Assembly: GCA_051879475.1 (NCBI GenBank)
Contig: JBJEMC010000013.1
Coordinates: 271 to 64,270, forward strand
DNA: 64,000 nucleotides
Source: Muricoprocola sp.
GTDB lineage: Bacteria > Bacillota > Clostridia > Lachnospirales > Lachnospiraceae
Direction of reading: 5' to 3'
Both the position numbers and the translations under genes were made by a program. Positions 28,414 through 39,134 of the stretch are shown here, in pieces. The notes beneath the pieces were generated by a model. That model saw only the letters and a program-made list of their open reading frames with translations, made no database searches and was not told the origin of the DNA. The stretch's first letter is position 1. Each line of letters opens with the position of its first letter.

Positions 28414-29292
28414 TTATTCTTCTATTGCATGGTACCAGTACCCGAATTCTCCTTCCTGGTTTTCATCCTGATGCACCGCTTTCTTAAATTCCGGGAATCC
28501 ATACATATGCGCCAGATGCTGATCCTGTTTTCCCCTGCATAAACCCGGCACAGCCAGAACAAATCCTCCATCTCTGTGAATCCCCAGCAGAAGATGCCGG
28601 TATTTCATATATTTTTGCTGTACAAAAGGACTGTTGCAATAACAGAATTCCTTTTTTCCAAGAAAAGCAATGTCTTTTGGAGCAATCTGAATACACTGAG
28701 TCAGTTCATCATCCTCAAAAGGTTCCGCATGGGGATACTGGCACTGAAACTGATGCCATCTCTTCGCAAGGCCACAGGATTCTTCTCTTTCTCTCTTCCT
28801 ATCCGGTTCTTTCTTTACTTCCATTGCCTCATATCCCATCTGACGTTCCCGTTCTGCGCGTTTCCCCTCTTCTTCGAGATTCTTTAACTGCTCTTCTTTT
28901 TCATCTCTTATCTCAAAACTTGAGACATCCAGGATTTCATCATCCCACACCGATATGTACAGTTTTTCTGGTTTTTCCCCTGTGATCCACAAGCCTTTCC
29001 AGGTTTCAAAGGGGCATCCCATACTGTTTAACTGTTCTTCTGGTATGCTAAGTTCCACTTCCCAGATTCCATTTTGGCATTCTCCTTCTTTTTGCAGATA
29101 TCCTTTTGTACGGTCTCCCTGCCTGATAAAATGATACAGTTTCATCTTTTTCACAGAAGGATCTGTCTGGATTCTCATTTGTATCCCAACGATCCCATTT
29201 CGCAGTGTTACCTTCGCATACCCTGCATTTCCCTGTTTTTCTCCATCCACATACTCATAAATATACGCCACAAAGCGACAAAATTCTGCCAT
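28414..29292 (-). CDS. DUF6128-like hypothetical protein
   Basis: RFVAYIYEY...NAGYAKV N-terminus; YRHLLLG...VPG...YGFPEF...FGYW C-terminus. Confidence 0.65.
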   Translation of the reverse strand: MAEFCRFVAYIYEYVDGEKQGNAGYAKVTLRNGIVGIQMRIQTDPSVKKMKLYHFIRQGDRTKGYLQKEGECQNGIWEVELSIPEEQLNSMGCPFETWKGLWITGEKPEKLYISVWDDEILDVSSFEIRDEKEEQLKNLEEEGKRAERERQMGYEAMEVKKEPDRKREREESCGLAKRWHQFQCQYPHAEPFEDDELTQCIQIAPKDIAFLGKKEFCYCNSPFVQQKYMKYRHLLLGIHRDGGFVLAVPGLCRGKQDQHLAHMYGFPEFKKAVHQDENQEGEFGYWYHAIEE

Positions 29293-29400
29293 ATGCTCCT
29301 TTTTGCTGCTGCCTCTGGCAGCTCATATTTATTTTGTTTCATTATATGTAAAGCAGTTAAAGGTCATGCAAAAAACATTGGGATATTGCCACCTGAAGAG

Positions 29401-29733
29401 TTAGACAAAATCCTCTCTCATTGGGGTGAAAATATCCAGAATTACCCCATCATCTTCTAATGCAATTAAACCATGCGGAACATTCTCTTCGGTATAAACA
29501 CATTCCCCTGGTCCAAGAATTTGTTTTTTCCCATTCAAATTTGATTCAAAGGTTCCTTTCACAATGTAAGTACACTGACGATGCGGATGGGTATGAACCG
29601 TTCCTTCCTGCCCCTTCTGCCATACCAGTTCTACCACCATCAGATCTGGCAGATACCCTTTTATTGTCCGCACAACACCATTGGGAAGCACCTCTGATTT
29701 AAAATCCTTTTGTGTGAAAAAAACACCATCCAT
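29401..29733 (-). CDS. Cupin-domain protein, KdgF-like (uronate metabolism)
   Basis: LMVV...HTHPHRQ.TY..KG.F...PHG...ILDIFTPMREDF. Confidence 0.75.
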   Translation of the reverse strand: MDGVFFTQKDFKSEVLPNGVVRTIKGYLPDLMVVELVWQKGQEGTVHTHPHRQCTYIVKGTFESNLNGKKQILGPGECVYTEENVPHGLIALEDDGVILDIFTPMREDFV

Positions 29734-29745
29734 ACTTTTTCCTCC

Positions 29746-30750
29746 CTATTCCTCATTCATTTGCTGGATTTCTTCTATTAAGTCCATATATCCTGTTCCA
29801 TATTCTTCATAAATGCTGTAAACAGCGTCACGAATTCTCTGTTTTTCCTCCTGGGAAATAGAAATCACCTGCGCACCTGCTTCGATCACGATTTTTTTCG
29901 CAAGAATGGCACGTTCTTTTGTGAGTTCATGCTCATAAACCGCAGATTCTTCCGCCGCTGTTCTGATAATCTCCTGATTTTCTTCTGAAAGCTTTTCCCA
30001 GGTATGCTTACTGATCAATTGAATTTCAGGAATCCTGCTATGCTCATCCTCGGTATAATACGGTGCAACTTCATAATGTTTCATAGTTTCATAAGAAGAC
30101 AGATTGTTTTCTGCTCCCTCAACCAATCCACGCTCCAGACAGGCATAGACATCTCCATAAGGAATCTGCACCGCAATTCCTCCCAGAGCATTGATCACCT
30201 TTTCCATCATACTTGATTCCTGAATTCTGATCTTCATTCCTGCAAAATCTTCCAGACAACGAATCGGTTTGTCAGTCGTATAAAAGCTCCTCACATCTGC
30301 ATCATACCAGGACAAGCCTACCATATCTATACTTTCTGCCATATTCAGAAAATTTGTTCCAATCTCGCTTTTCAACACCTTTAACATATGCTCGGAGCTT
30401 TCATACAAAAACGGAAGCAGCAGTACATTATATTCTGGTATTCTGTCCGATAACTGAGAAATAGAAACTCTGGCAAAATCAATTCCACCATATTCCAATT
30501 GCTTTAATACTTCTGCCTCTGTCCCAAGTTCTGCATCACATTTTACAATGATCTTTATCCTTCCATCTGTTCTTTCATATACAAGATCCGCAAAATACTG
30601 TGCCCCCTTTGTCGTGGGATAATCAATTGTCTGATTCTCTGCATAGGTCATCACATAATATTCTGAATCCTCGGCATTCACAGAAAAGGAAGTCATGAAC
30701 AGCAATACCATCGCAAAGCAACTGCTAAATATTCTCTTTACCATATGCAA
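29746..30750 (-). CDS. TRAP substrate-binding protein (DctP family), second copy next to the two-component system
   Basis: YPTTKGAQYFADLVYERTDGRI, GMKIRIQ and GAENN motifs. Confidence 0.88.
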   Translation of the reverse strand: MHMVKRIFSSCFAMVLLFMTSFSVNAEDSEYYVMTYAENQTIDYPTTKGAQYFADLVYERTDGRIKIIVKCDAELGTEAEVLKQLEYGGIDFARVSISQLSDRIPEYNVLLLPFLYESSEHMLKVLKSEIGTNFLNMAESIDMVGLSWYDADVRSFYTTDKPIRCLEDFAGMKIRIQESSMMEKVINALGGIAVQIPYGDVYACLERGLVEGAENNLSSYETMKHYEVAPYYTEDEHSRIPEIQLISKHTWEKLSEENQEIIRTAAEESAVYEHELTKERAILAKKIVIEAGAQVISISQEEKQRIRDAVYSIYEEYGTGYMDLIEEIQQMNEE

Positions 30751-30766
30751 TACTCCTCACAACTTG

Positions 30767-31576
30767 TTATACTTGCTTCTCTAAAACTGAGTTTCTGTAT
30801 TCTCTTGGGGTTTTCCCCACATATCTTTTGAAGATTCTCGCAAAATAATTGGAATCTCTGATACCTACCTGAATACTTACATCCTTGATATTGATACGAA
30901 TATCACTTAGAAGCTGTTTTGCCTTCTCAATCCGGTATTCTGTCAAATAACCTGTAAAATTTTTTGAAAAACACTGACGGAATATCTTACAAAAATATGC
31001 ATCTGAATAATTCAAACTGGATGCGATATCCTGAAGGGAAATATCACTTTTATAATGCTCATCAATATAGTTTAAAATGTCTCCTGCTATGGCACGCATA
31101 CGAATATTATCTTTTACAGCTTCATCCGCATCCTGGACATTTTTCTGCATATCATCCGGTATCGTTTCCCCTTCTTCCTTTTTCTTTTGGCTGGCATCCT
31201 GCTCCTCTGCCAATCGAAGAGCTTCCTCCATCACTGCTTCCAGTTCTTCATCTGAGCTTGGCTTAAGCAGATAATCCAATGCTCGCACAGCAAATGCCTG
31301 CTTGGCATAGTCGAATTCATCATAGGCAGTCAGAAAAATCAATATAGGATTCGAACCGAGACTTCTGATCTGCCGCGCTGTTTCCAACCCATTCATTCCC
31401 GGCATATTGATATCAAGGATTGCGATCCGACACTTCTCCTTCTGATATAACTCCAACGCATCTTTTCCATTTTCAGCCTGCACCACTTCAATTCTTTTCT
31501 GAAACAACTGATTGAGTTTCTTGGTGATAACCATACGTTCAATCGGTTCATCATCTGCAACTAATACTCGATACAT
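30767..31576 (-). CDS. Response regulator, receiver plus AraC HTH (YesN-like)
   Basis: VADDE, LDINMPGMNG, YLLKP and YFARIFKRYVGKTPREYR motifs. Confidence 0.93.
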   Translation of the reverse strand: MYRVLVADDEPIERMVITKKLNQLFQKRIEVVQAENGKDALELYQKEKCRIAILDINMPGMNGLETARQIRSLGSNPILIFLTAYDEFDYAKQAFAVRALDYLLKPSSDEELEAVMEEALRLAEEQDASQKKKEEGETIPDDMQKNVQDADEAVKDNIRMRAIAGDILNYIDEHYKSDISLQDIASSLNYSDAYFCKIFRQCFSKNFTGYLTEYRIEKAKQLLSDIRINIKDVSIQVGIRDSNYFARIFKRYVGKTPREYRNSVLEKQV

Positions 31577-33060
31577 GCCACTTCCTCCTTCGGAATTGAA
31601 ATACGAATCACTGTTCCTACATTTACTTTACTGAATATTTCTATCTTACCAGAAGGATAGAGTGATTTCATCCTCTTACTGATGTTTATCATGGCAATTC
31701 CAATATTCTCTCTTCTTCCTGTCCGCAACCCTTCACGAACAATGTCCAATTGCTCCTTCGGAATCCCTACTCCATTATCTGCCACCGTAATAAAAAGAAA
31801 GCTATTATTTTCCCAGACCTTAATTCGTATCTTGCCACCTTCAATCTTTGGTGAAATACCATGGATCACAGCATTTTCAACCAAGGGTTGTAAGGTAAAG
31901 GGTGGTATTTCATAGCGATTGACATCCACGTTACACTCTGTCACAAAGCGTATCCTTGCACCAAAACGCATATGCTGAAGATAGGTATACTGCTCCACCA
32001 TATCCATTTCCCGTTTCAGCGGAACCACATGCATATCGTTATTTACTGTATATCGAAGAAGCGTGCTTAAGGAACGTGTCATTTTCTCTGTAATGTCTGC
32101 ATTTTCAAGATTTGCCATTCCCGCAATCATATTCAGGGTATTAAACAGGAAATGAGGATTCATCTGTTTTACAAGGGCGTCCATCTTTGCAGCCTCCAAC
32201 TGTCGCTGCATTTCAATTCGTTCCAGTTCCTGCTCATGGATCTTTTCCCGTGCCGCACGGTTTTCTTCCACCGTCTGTGCGTAATTTCCCATGGCATTTT
32301 TCATCTTATTGAATGACTGAACCAGTTCCCCAATCTCGTCCTGACTTTTAAAACAAATATCATCAATAAAGAATTCATTGTCCGCAATCTTTTTTGACGC
32401 CTGTGCGAGTTCTTCCAAAGGACGTACAATGGTATGATTCATCATTCGGAACATTCTGAGCCAGAAACAAATGGTAAAAATAAAGACAAAAATAATAATG
32501 ATTGGAATTGCCATGAGCCATGTAGATTTCTCATAATACGTTTCATTGCCGGCCATAGCATTTTCACGTTCCAAAGAATTCACATATTCAATCAGATAAT
32601 CCTGCATGTCATAGATTGCATATAACTCAGAAATATAATTGGGCATACTGTCTCCCTGCCGGAGCAGAGCATCTCTGCGCTTTACATACACCTCATATGC
32701 ATTACGGATATTCCAGGTAATACGATAGATTTCCTCTGATTGCTTCTCATGATCATAAGGCAAATCTTCCATTCTTTTTTGAGAATTTGCAATACTCAAA
32801 TCCAATTCCTGTTTGTTACTGTCACTCGTTTGTCTGACATAGATAGAAAACTGTGTGATTTCTTCCTTTAACGCATCTTCCAGCCCGTAGGTAAGGGAAT
32901 TTCCCTGCATGATTTCATGAAAATCCACCAGTGAAAAACGTAATACCCAGAATTCCATGAGCGTAAGGATGACAATAAAAGACATGATCATCCCTGTAAG
33001 ATAGTCCATCTTCTGTTTAATTGAAATACTTTCCCCAAAATGTTTCTCTCTCTTTTTCAT
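31561..33060 (-). CDS. Sensor histidine kinase (YesM/LytS-like, HAMP domain)
   Basis: Two TM segments; QMNPHFLFNTL, LQPLVENAVIHG and DNGVG motifs. Confidence 0.93.
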   Translation of the reverse strand: MKKREKHFGESISIKQKMDYLTGMIMSFIVILTLMEFWVLRFSLVDFHEIMQGNSLTYGLEDALKEEITQFSIYVRQTSDSNKQELDLSIANSQKRMEDLPYDHEKQSEEIYRITWNIRNAYEVYVKRRDALLRQGDSMPNYISELYAIYDMQDYLIEYVNSLERENAMAGNETYYEKSTWLMAIPIIIIFVFIFTICFWLRMFRMMNHTIVRPLEELAQASKKIADNEFFIDDICFKSQDEIGELVQSFNKMKNAMGNYAQTVEENRAAREKIHEQELERIEMQRQLEAAKMDALVKQMNPHFLFNTLNMIAGMANLENADITEKMTRSLSTLLRYTVNNDMHVVPLKREMDMVEQYTYLQHMRFGARIRFVTECNVDVNRYEIPPFTLQPLVENAVIHGISPKIEGGKIRIKVWENNSFLFITVADNGVGIPKEQLDIVREGLRTGRRENIGIAMINISKRMKSLYPSGKIEIFSKVNVGTVIRISIPKEEVACIEY

Positions 33061-33128
33061 GATATATAAAGTATTTCATCCTTTCGATAAAAAAGGCAGC
33101 CTAATAAAAGGCTGCCTGTATCACATAT

Positions 33129-34436
33129 TTAAGAAAAGAGCCTTGGCAAAGTCAGACTGATTGCAGGTATAAATGTGATAAGAAGCAAAACAACCAACAT
33201 ACACAGGTAGAATGGCAGTGTTGCTTTTACGACATTCGCCATTTTTACATTCTTATCTGCCTTACCGGCAATACCGGTACCGATAAACAAAACCGCACCT
33301 ACAGGAGGCGTAAGAAGACCGATACCACAGTTCAGAATCATCATAATACCAAACTGAATTGGATCAATTCCAATGGATGTAGCAATTGGAAGAAGGATTG
33401 GTGTCGCAATCAGAATAATTGGTGACATATCCATAATACATCCAAGGAAGAGAATAATAAGGTTCAGAAGGAGAGCAAGAATAATCTTGTTGTCTGTAAT
33501 ACCCATGATGGCATTTGCTGCAAGCTCCGGAACATGAAGCTGTGTCAGGCAATATCCAAAAGCACTGGAAGATGCAATCAGGATCAATACGATAGCAAGC
33601 GTATCAACACACTCATCCAGGACTTTCCATACACCCTTCCAGTCAAGGCCTTTGTAAACAAATACACTGACAAAAAGACTGTAAATAACCGCAATCGCTG
33701 CAGACTCCGTTGCAGTGAACCATCCCCCAACAACACCTACAACTACAATGATGATTGCTGCCAGTGCCCATACAGAAACTGAAAACTGTTTCAGGAATAC
33801 TTTCAGATTGAATTTTTCTCCTTTTGGATAATTTCTTCTCTTGGAAATAATGTAGGAACCGATCATCAGTGAGATTGCTAACAGTGCCCCTGGGAGATAA
33901 CCAGCCATAAAAAGACTTCCAACTGATACACCACCTGCAGCCATCGCATAGATAACCATATTATGGCTAGGAGGTACCAAAAGGCCTTCACAGGAAGAGG
34001 TAATGGTAACTGCTGTAGAGAAATCAGCATCATATCCCTGGTCAACCATCATAGGGATCAGGATACTTCCGAGGGAAGCTGTATCTGCTGATGCAGAACC
34101 AGAGATACCTCCGAAGAAATAAGAAGCCACAATGTTAACCATTGCCATACCACCGGTCATCCAGCCTACACAGGAATTCGCAAGGTCGATCAGCTTCTGT
34201 GAAATACCTCCCTTTCCCATCAGGCATCCCATCGTAATAAAAAACGGAACTGCCATCAGGCTAAAAGAAGAAATACCTTTTACCATATACTGTCCAAGCA
34301 TCTGAAGAGGTGTACCCTGATACAGCATACAAAATACGGAAGAAAGTGCAACTGCATATGCAATCGGGAATCGAAGCAAAACCATAACAAGGAAGCTTCC
34401 TAATAAAATAAGAATTGCAGTAGTTTGTGGACTCAT
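33129..34436 (-). CDS. dctM: TRAP transporter large permease
   Basis: FSLMAVPFF, GGISGSASAD, PPSHNMVIY, FTATESAA and GLLTPPVG motifs. Confidence 0.93.
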   Translation of the reverse strand: MSPQTTAILILLGSFLVMVLLRFPIAYAVALSSVFCMLYQGTPLQMLGQYMVKGISSFSLMAVPFFITMGCLMGKGGISQKLIDLANSCVGWMTGGMAMVNIVASYFFGGISGSASADTASLGSILIPMMVDQGYDADFSTAVTITSSCEGLLVPPSHNMVIYAMAAGGVSVGSLFMAGYLPGALLAISLMIGSYIISKRRNYPKGEKFNLKVFLKQFSVSVWALAAIIIVVVGVVGGWFTATESAAIAVIYSLFVSVFVYKGLDWKGVWKVLDECVDTLAIVLILIASSSAFGYCLTQLHVPELAANAIMGITDNKIILALLLNLIILFLGCIMDMSPIILIATPILLPIATSIGIDPIQFGIMMILNCGIGLLTPPVGAVLFIGTGIAGKADKNVKMANVVKATLPFYLCMLVVLLLITFIPAISLTLPRLFS

Positions 34437-34437
34437 C

Positions 34438-34959
34438 TTATTCACCCTCCTTGACAACTAATACTTTAACGTGATTTACAATAACTTCAATTTCAAATAC
34501 GATCATGAAAATACCAGCCAGTGGAATTGGGAAATACATCCAGAATTTTGAAAGCCAAGGCATACTGATATAGGTAGCTTTCGCACCAAGTGTCATTGCC
34601 AGAGACTGTCCATAAACAACCATGATAATTGCCAGCGCGAACACAGCAACATCAGCAACAAGATCCAGAATCTGAATCATTTTTTTAGGCATAAACGGAT
34701 CAAATGCGTCCATACGGATATGCTTATTCTTACGAATCGCCATAGCAGCAGAAAGAACTGCCATATAAGACATCAGTGTAAGTACTACTTCTTCACTCCA
34801 GGATGGATCCGGAATGAAGGGGATGTATCGTCCAAGAACCGCCATTGTTGTGATCAGAACATCTGCAATCAAAAAGATTTTACACAGGAAAAGGCAGACT
34901 GCATAGATCGCATCATAGACCGGTTTAAATACTTCCAGTTTCTTAAAAAAACCTTCCAT
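34438..34959 (-). CDS. dctQ: TRAP transporter small permease
   Basis: Four TM segments, WSEEV...HIRMD, located between dctP and dctM. Confidence 0.9.
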   Translation of the reverse strand: MEGFFKKLEVFKPVYDAIYAVCLFLCKIFLIADVLITTMAVLGRYIPFIPDPSWSEEVVLTLMSYMAVLSAAMAIRKNKHIRMDAFDPFMPKKMIQILDLVADVAVFALAIIMVVYGQSLAMTLGAKATYISMPWLSKFWMYFPIPLAGIFMIVFEIEVIVNHVKVLVVKEGE

Positions 34960-35067
34960 ATAAATTCCCTCCTAAACAATCAGGCGCAGGAATCAGTTAC
35001 CTGCGCCTTTTTAATAATGAACTGTTAGTAAACTGAACTGTTGATTAAAATAATATATCTCTATAAA

Positions 35068-36054
35068 TTACTGCATATCAAGAATCTGCTGATAGAGATC
35101 TTCCATGCCTACTGTATTCTCAGCAATAACATCTTTTACTGCTTCCTGCCATGGAGTAATATCTTCTACTTCAACTACGTTACATCCTTCTGCTTTCAGC
35201 TGTTCAAGGACTTCATCTTCTTTTGCCTGAGAGATTTCTCTGTTGTATTCACCAGCATACTGAGCAGCTTCCGTGATCCATCCCTGCTGTTCTTCTGTAA
35301 GGCTATCCCATGCAGCATCTGTGATAACGATCTGAATTGCACCAAGAGTATGTCCATCAAGGATCAGGTTGTTAGCAACTTCTGGGAAGGCATTGGATTT
35401 GTAGTTTGCGATAGGCTGTTCAGCACCATCAACAACACCTGTCTGAAGAGCAGAATAAAGTTCACCAAAGGATACAACTGTTGGAGAAGCACCAAGAGCC
35501 TCAACAAGACCATTCATAACAGGGTCATTAGAAACGCGAAGTTTCATACCGGCAAGATCAGAGATGTCTTTTACTTCCTTAGTTGTGAAGAAATGACGGA
35601 AACCTTCTTCTCCATATGTAAGACCTTTGATACCGGAACCATTTTCCGAAGACTCATTTAAGAATTCCTGAGCAAGATCAGATGTAGCAAAATTCCAGAA
35701 ATGATCACGGCTTACGAATGTGTATGGAAGGGAAAGAAGGGTTGATTTCTCACCACCATATGTTGTAAGAGCAAATGCAGAGATACGAGCCATCTCAACA
35801 TCTGAGAAAGTTGTCATACCGTCAAGAATATCATTCTCAGAACCAAGTACACCATTTGCCTGAAGATCGATTTCAATCTGTCCACCAGAAAGTTCTTCTA
35901 CTTTCTCTTTAAAAGCAGTATCCGTCATACCAACGATGGTATCCAGAGGGTTAACCTCTGCAAAAGTAAGAGTCACATCAGCTGCCATTGCAGGAGCTGC
36001 AAGTGCAAATGTCATAGTAGCACCTAACGCGCCAAAAAGAAGTTTCTTGTTCAT
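35068..36054 (-). CDS. dctP: TRAP transporter substrate-binding protein
   Basis: Signal peptide; EGFRHF, GMKLRV and ELYSALQTGVVDGAEQP motifs. Confidence 0.92.
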   Translation of the reverse strand: MNKKLLFGALGATMTFALAAPAMAADVTLTFAEVNPLDTIVGMTDTAFKEKVEELSGGQIEIDLQANGVLGSENDILDGMTTFSDVEMARISAFALTTYGGEKSTLLSLPYTFVSRDHFWNFATSDLAQEFLNESSENGSGIKGLTYGEEGFRHFFTTKEVKDISDLAGMKLRVSNDPVMNGLVEALGASPTVVSFGELYSALQTGVVDGAEQPIANYKSNAFPEVANNLILDGHTLGAIQIVITDAAWDSLTEEQQGWITEAAQYAGEYNREISQAKEDEVLEQLKAEGCNVVEVEDITPWQEAVKDVIAENTVGMEDLYQQILDMQ

Positions 36055-36244
36055 GATAAAATTCCTCCTAAAAAATATATTTTAGTTTTGCAAAAAGCCC
36101 TCGCAAAACTTATTTGTTTCTATTATACACGATATTATCAACAAAATAAATATGAAATATTTTATTTCTTTAGGATATTTTTGCTATCAAACTAATTCAT
36201 ATTATAAAAAGAGCTCTGCTCTCGCAGAACTCTTTTTGCTCACT

Positions 36245-38317
36245 TTATTCTTCTGATTTCTTTGCTGTTTTCCGTGTTGTTGTCTTTTTTGCTGTGGTTT
36301 TCTTCGCAGTCTCTTTCTTTGCAGCTGTCTTCTTCACTGTGGTTTTCTTTTCCGTAGTTTTCTTTTCAGTTACTTTCTTCGTTGCTGCTTTCTTTGGTGC
36401 TTCCTCTTTCTTTTCATAACGGAACACTGCTACGCCATATGCCGGAAGTCTGTAAGCAAAGGAATATGGCCTACCTTCGTATTCTCCCTTCTTAGAGCGA
36501 TATGTAGTGGCACGTTTTTCACCTGAACCGCCGTACTGTGCATCATCACTGTTCAGAACCAGTTTATAATAGCCTGACTGTGGAACGCCTACCCTGTAGT
36601 CTTCTCTGGCAACCGGTGTAAAGTTAATTACAAATATCAGATTGCTCTTTCCATCTTTGGAATGACGGATAAAACTGAAAATACTTCTGGTGTTGTCATC
36701 TGCATTGATCCATTCAAAGCCTTCCCAACTCTGATCCAATCCATAAAGGGCCGGATCTTCCTTATACAAATGAAGCAGTGCCTTCACATAAGCCTGTAAC
36801 TGCTGATGTTTCTCTTCCTGAAGCAAATACCAGTCAAGTTCTCTTTCTTCACTCCATTCCTGAAGCTGTGCAAAATCCTGTCCCATGAACAGAAGCTTCT
36901 TACCTGGATGTCCAATCATGAAAGAATATCCCGCTTTCAGATTTGCCAGCTTATCTTCATAATAACCCGGCATCTTATTGATCATAGAGCATTTCAGATG
37001 AACTACTTCATCATGAGATAATACCAGAATAAACCTTTCTGAGAACGCATATGTAAGAGAAAATGTCATTTTGTTATGATTATAGCTTCTGAAATATGGA
37101 TCCAGCTTCATGTAATCCAGGAAGTCATGCATCCATCCCATATTCCATTTCATGGTAAATGCAAGGCCGCCATCTTCTGCTGCCCCTGTTACCTGCGGCC
37201 ATGCAGTAGATTCTTCTGCGATCATCAGAACGCCCTTATTTCTCTTTGTCACAATTGTATTTAAGTGACGGAAAAACTCAATTGCTTCCAGATTCTTATT
37301 TTCTCCATATTTGTTTGGAATCCACTGTCCGTCACGGCGTCCATAATCCAGATACAGCATGGAAGCGACCGCATCTACACGAAGTCCATCCACATGGAAC
37401 TGTTCTACCCAGTAAAGTGCATTTGCAATGAGGAAGTTCTTCACTTCATTCATTTCATAGTTAAATACTTTTGTACCCCAGTCCGGGTGTTCACCTTTTC
37501 TTGGATCCGGATACTCATATAATGCCTGACCGTCAAAATCTGCCAATCCAGCAGCATCTCTTGGGAAGTGTGCCGGTACCCAGTCAAGAATGACGCCAAT
37601 TCCATTCTCATGCAGGTAATTGACCATATACTGAAAATCTTCCGGTGTACCATATCTTGCCGTCGGTGCATAATATCCGATTACCTGATATCCCCAGGAT
37701 CCATCAAAAGGATGCTCTGCAATTCCCATCAGTTCCACATGAGTATATCCCATGTCTTTCACATACTCTGTAACCTCATGGGCGAATTCACGGTAATTAT
37801 AGAATCCTTCCGGATTTTCCTCTGTTGCCGGATGTTTTCTCCAGGATCCGATATGAACCTCATAGATAGACATAGGTATCTCATCAATGTTCTGTTCTTC
37901 TCTGTCTTTGATCCATTTTGCATCGGACCATTTCAAATCTGTAATATCAGCCACCTTAGAAGCAGTACCCGGTCTTAATTCAGCATGATTACCAAATGGG
38001 TCAGCTTTAAATAATTTTCGTCCATCTCTGGTAGTGATCAGAAACTTGTAGAGATCTCCAACCTGGAGTCCTTCCACAAACGCTTCATAAATTCCAATAT
38101 CTCCCAAACGGGTCATCGGAACGGTCTCCTCCCATCCATTGAAGTCACCCACTACATGAACGGATGCTGCATGAGGAGCCCAGACTGCAAAATATACACC
38201 CTTCTTTTTTCCATCTTCTGCAGGATGTGCCCCCAGTTTCTTGTAAATGTCGTAATGAGTTCCCTGACCAAATAAATACTGGTCTAACTCGCTAATACGA
38301 ACATCCTCCAACTTCAT
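36245..38317 (-). CDS. glgB: 1,4-alpha-glucan branching enzyme with a Lys/Thr-rich C-terminal tail
   Basis: FAVWAPHA, SWGYQ, GLRVDAVASMLY, IAEEST and LSHDEVVH motifs. Confidence 0.96.
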   Translation of the reverse strand: MKLEDVRISELDQYLFGQGTHYDIYKKLGAHPAEDGKKKGVYFAVWAPHAASVHVVGDFNGWEETVPMTRLGDIGIYEAFVEGLQVGDLYKFLITTRDGRKLFKADPFGNHAELRPGTASKVADITDLKWSDAKWIKDREEQNIDEIPMSIYEVHIGSWRKHPATEENPEGFYNYREFAHEVTEYVKDMGYTHVELMGIAEHPFDGSWGYQVIGYYAPTARYGTPEDFQYMVNYLHENGIGVILDWVPAHFPRDAAGLADFDGQALYEYPDPRKGEHPDWGTKVFNYEMNEVKNFLIANALYWVEQFHVDGLRVDAVASMLYLDYGRRDGQWIPNKYGENKNLEAIEFFRHLNTIVTKRNKGVLMIAEESTAWPQVTGAAEDGGLAFTMKWNMGWMHDFLDYMKLDPYFRSYNHNKMTFSLTYAFSERFILVLSHDEVVHLKCSMINKMPGYYEDKLANLKAGYSFMIGHPGKKLLFMGQDFAQLQEWSEERELDWYLLQEEKHQQLQAYVKALLHLYKEDPALYGLDQSWEGFEWINADDNTRSIFSFIRHSKDGKSNLIFVINFTPVAREDYRVGVPQSGYYKLVLNSDDAQYGGSGEKRATTYRSKKGEYEGRPYSFAYRLPAYGVAVFRYEKKEEAPKKAATKKVTEKKTTEKKTTVKKTAAKKETAKKTTAKKTTTRKTAKKSEE

Positions 38318-38404
38318 ATCATTTTCCTCCTTATTTCATTTTCATTCACTTTTAACAGCATGCTCTCACATGCCTTTCATGTCAAATATATGTTTCCTTT
38401 TTCA

Positions 38405-39001
38405 TTATGAATATATGCCATGCATAAACTGATGGACAAGACTGTGCTTTGTCTCTTCTGAAACTTCCGGCATCTGGTCCTTCTCTCCATGATAGTCAAG
38501 AAACAAAATATAATGACTGATTAATCCAAGAAAACCTATTGCAAACTGCTTCTGTCTTCCATTCATATTCCCAAGAAGAGGTGACGCCTGTTCAAATAAA
38601 CCTACGGTCAAATTATAAAGCCTTGTCATATAAGGACTGACTGCTTTGTATACCTCATTTTCTCTTGCTGAATAATTCATAGACATCAAAAGCATATATT
38701 CCCGGTGATGAACATTTGCGAAATCTATAATTGTTGTCGCCAGCGCATTCAGAGAAGTTTCCACACTGTCATGGAACTGTGCCGCCTCTGCGACCTGATC
38801 CAGGAACTCTGAAAAACAGCTTTCCAAAAGAGTCTCCAACAGCCCATACTTACTCCCAAAATAATGGTATAAGGTTGGCTTCGTAATGCCAGACTGCTGA
38901 CAGATTTCCTGTATCCCTACAGCATCATATCCTCTCTCATAAAACAATTTTAATGCACTGGAAAGTATTCTTTCTCTATTTTCCATTCCAGATATCTCCA
39001 T
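38405..39001 (-). CDS. TetR/AcrR family transcriptional regulator
   Basis: LFYERGYDAVGIQEI...ITKPTLYHYFGSK. Confidence 0.92.
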   Translation of the reverse strand: MEISGMENRERILSSALKLFYERGYDAVGIQEICQQSGITKPTLYHYFGSKYGLLETLLESCFSEFLDQVAEAAQFHDSVETSLNALATTIIDFANVHHREYMLLMSMNYSARENEVYKAVSPYMTRLYNLTVGLFEQASPLLGNMNGRQKQFAIGFLGLISHYILFLDYHGEKDQMPEVSEETKHSLVHQFMHGIYS

Positions 39002-39134
39002 TTATCACTGTTCACCTCAAACATACCGAGTAGTATATTATTTGTCAACCACACATATTCAATAAATTATTATGAAAAAGGGTGTGCGTCAGAGCACAAC
39101 CCTTTTCTCATCACTCTATCTGTTCATCATTCTA

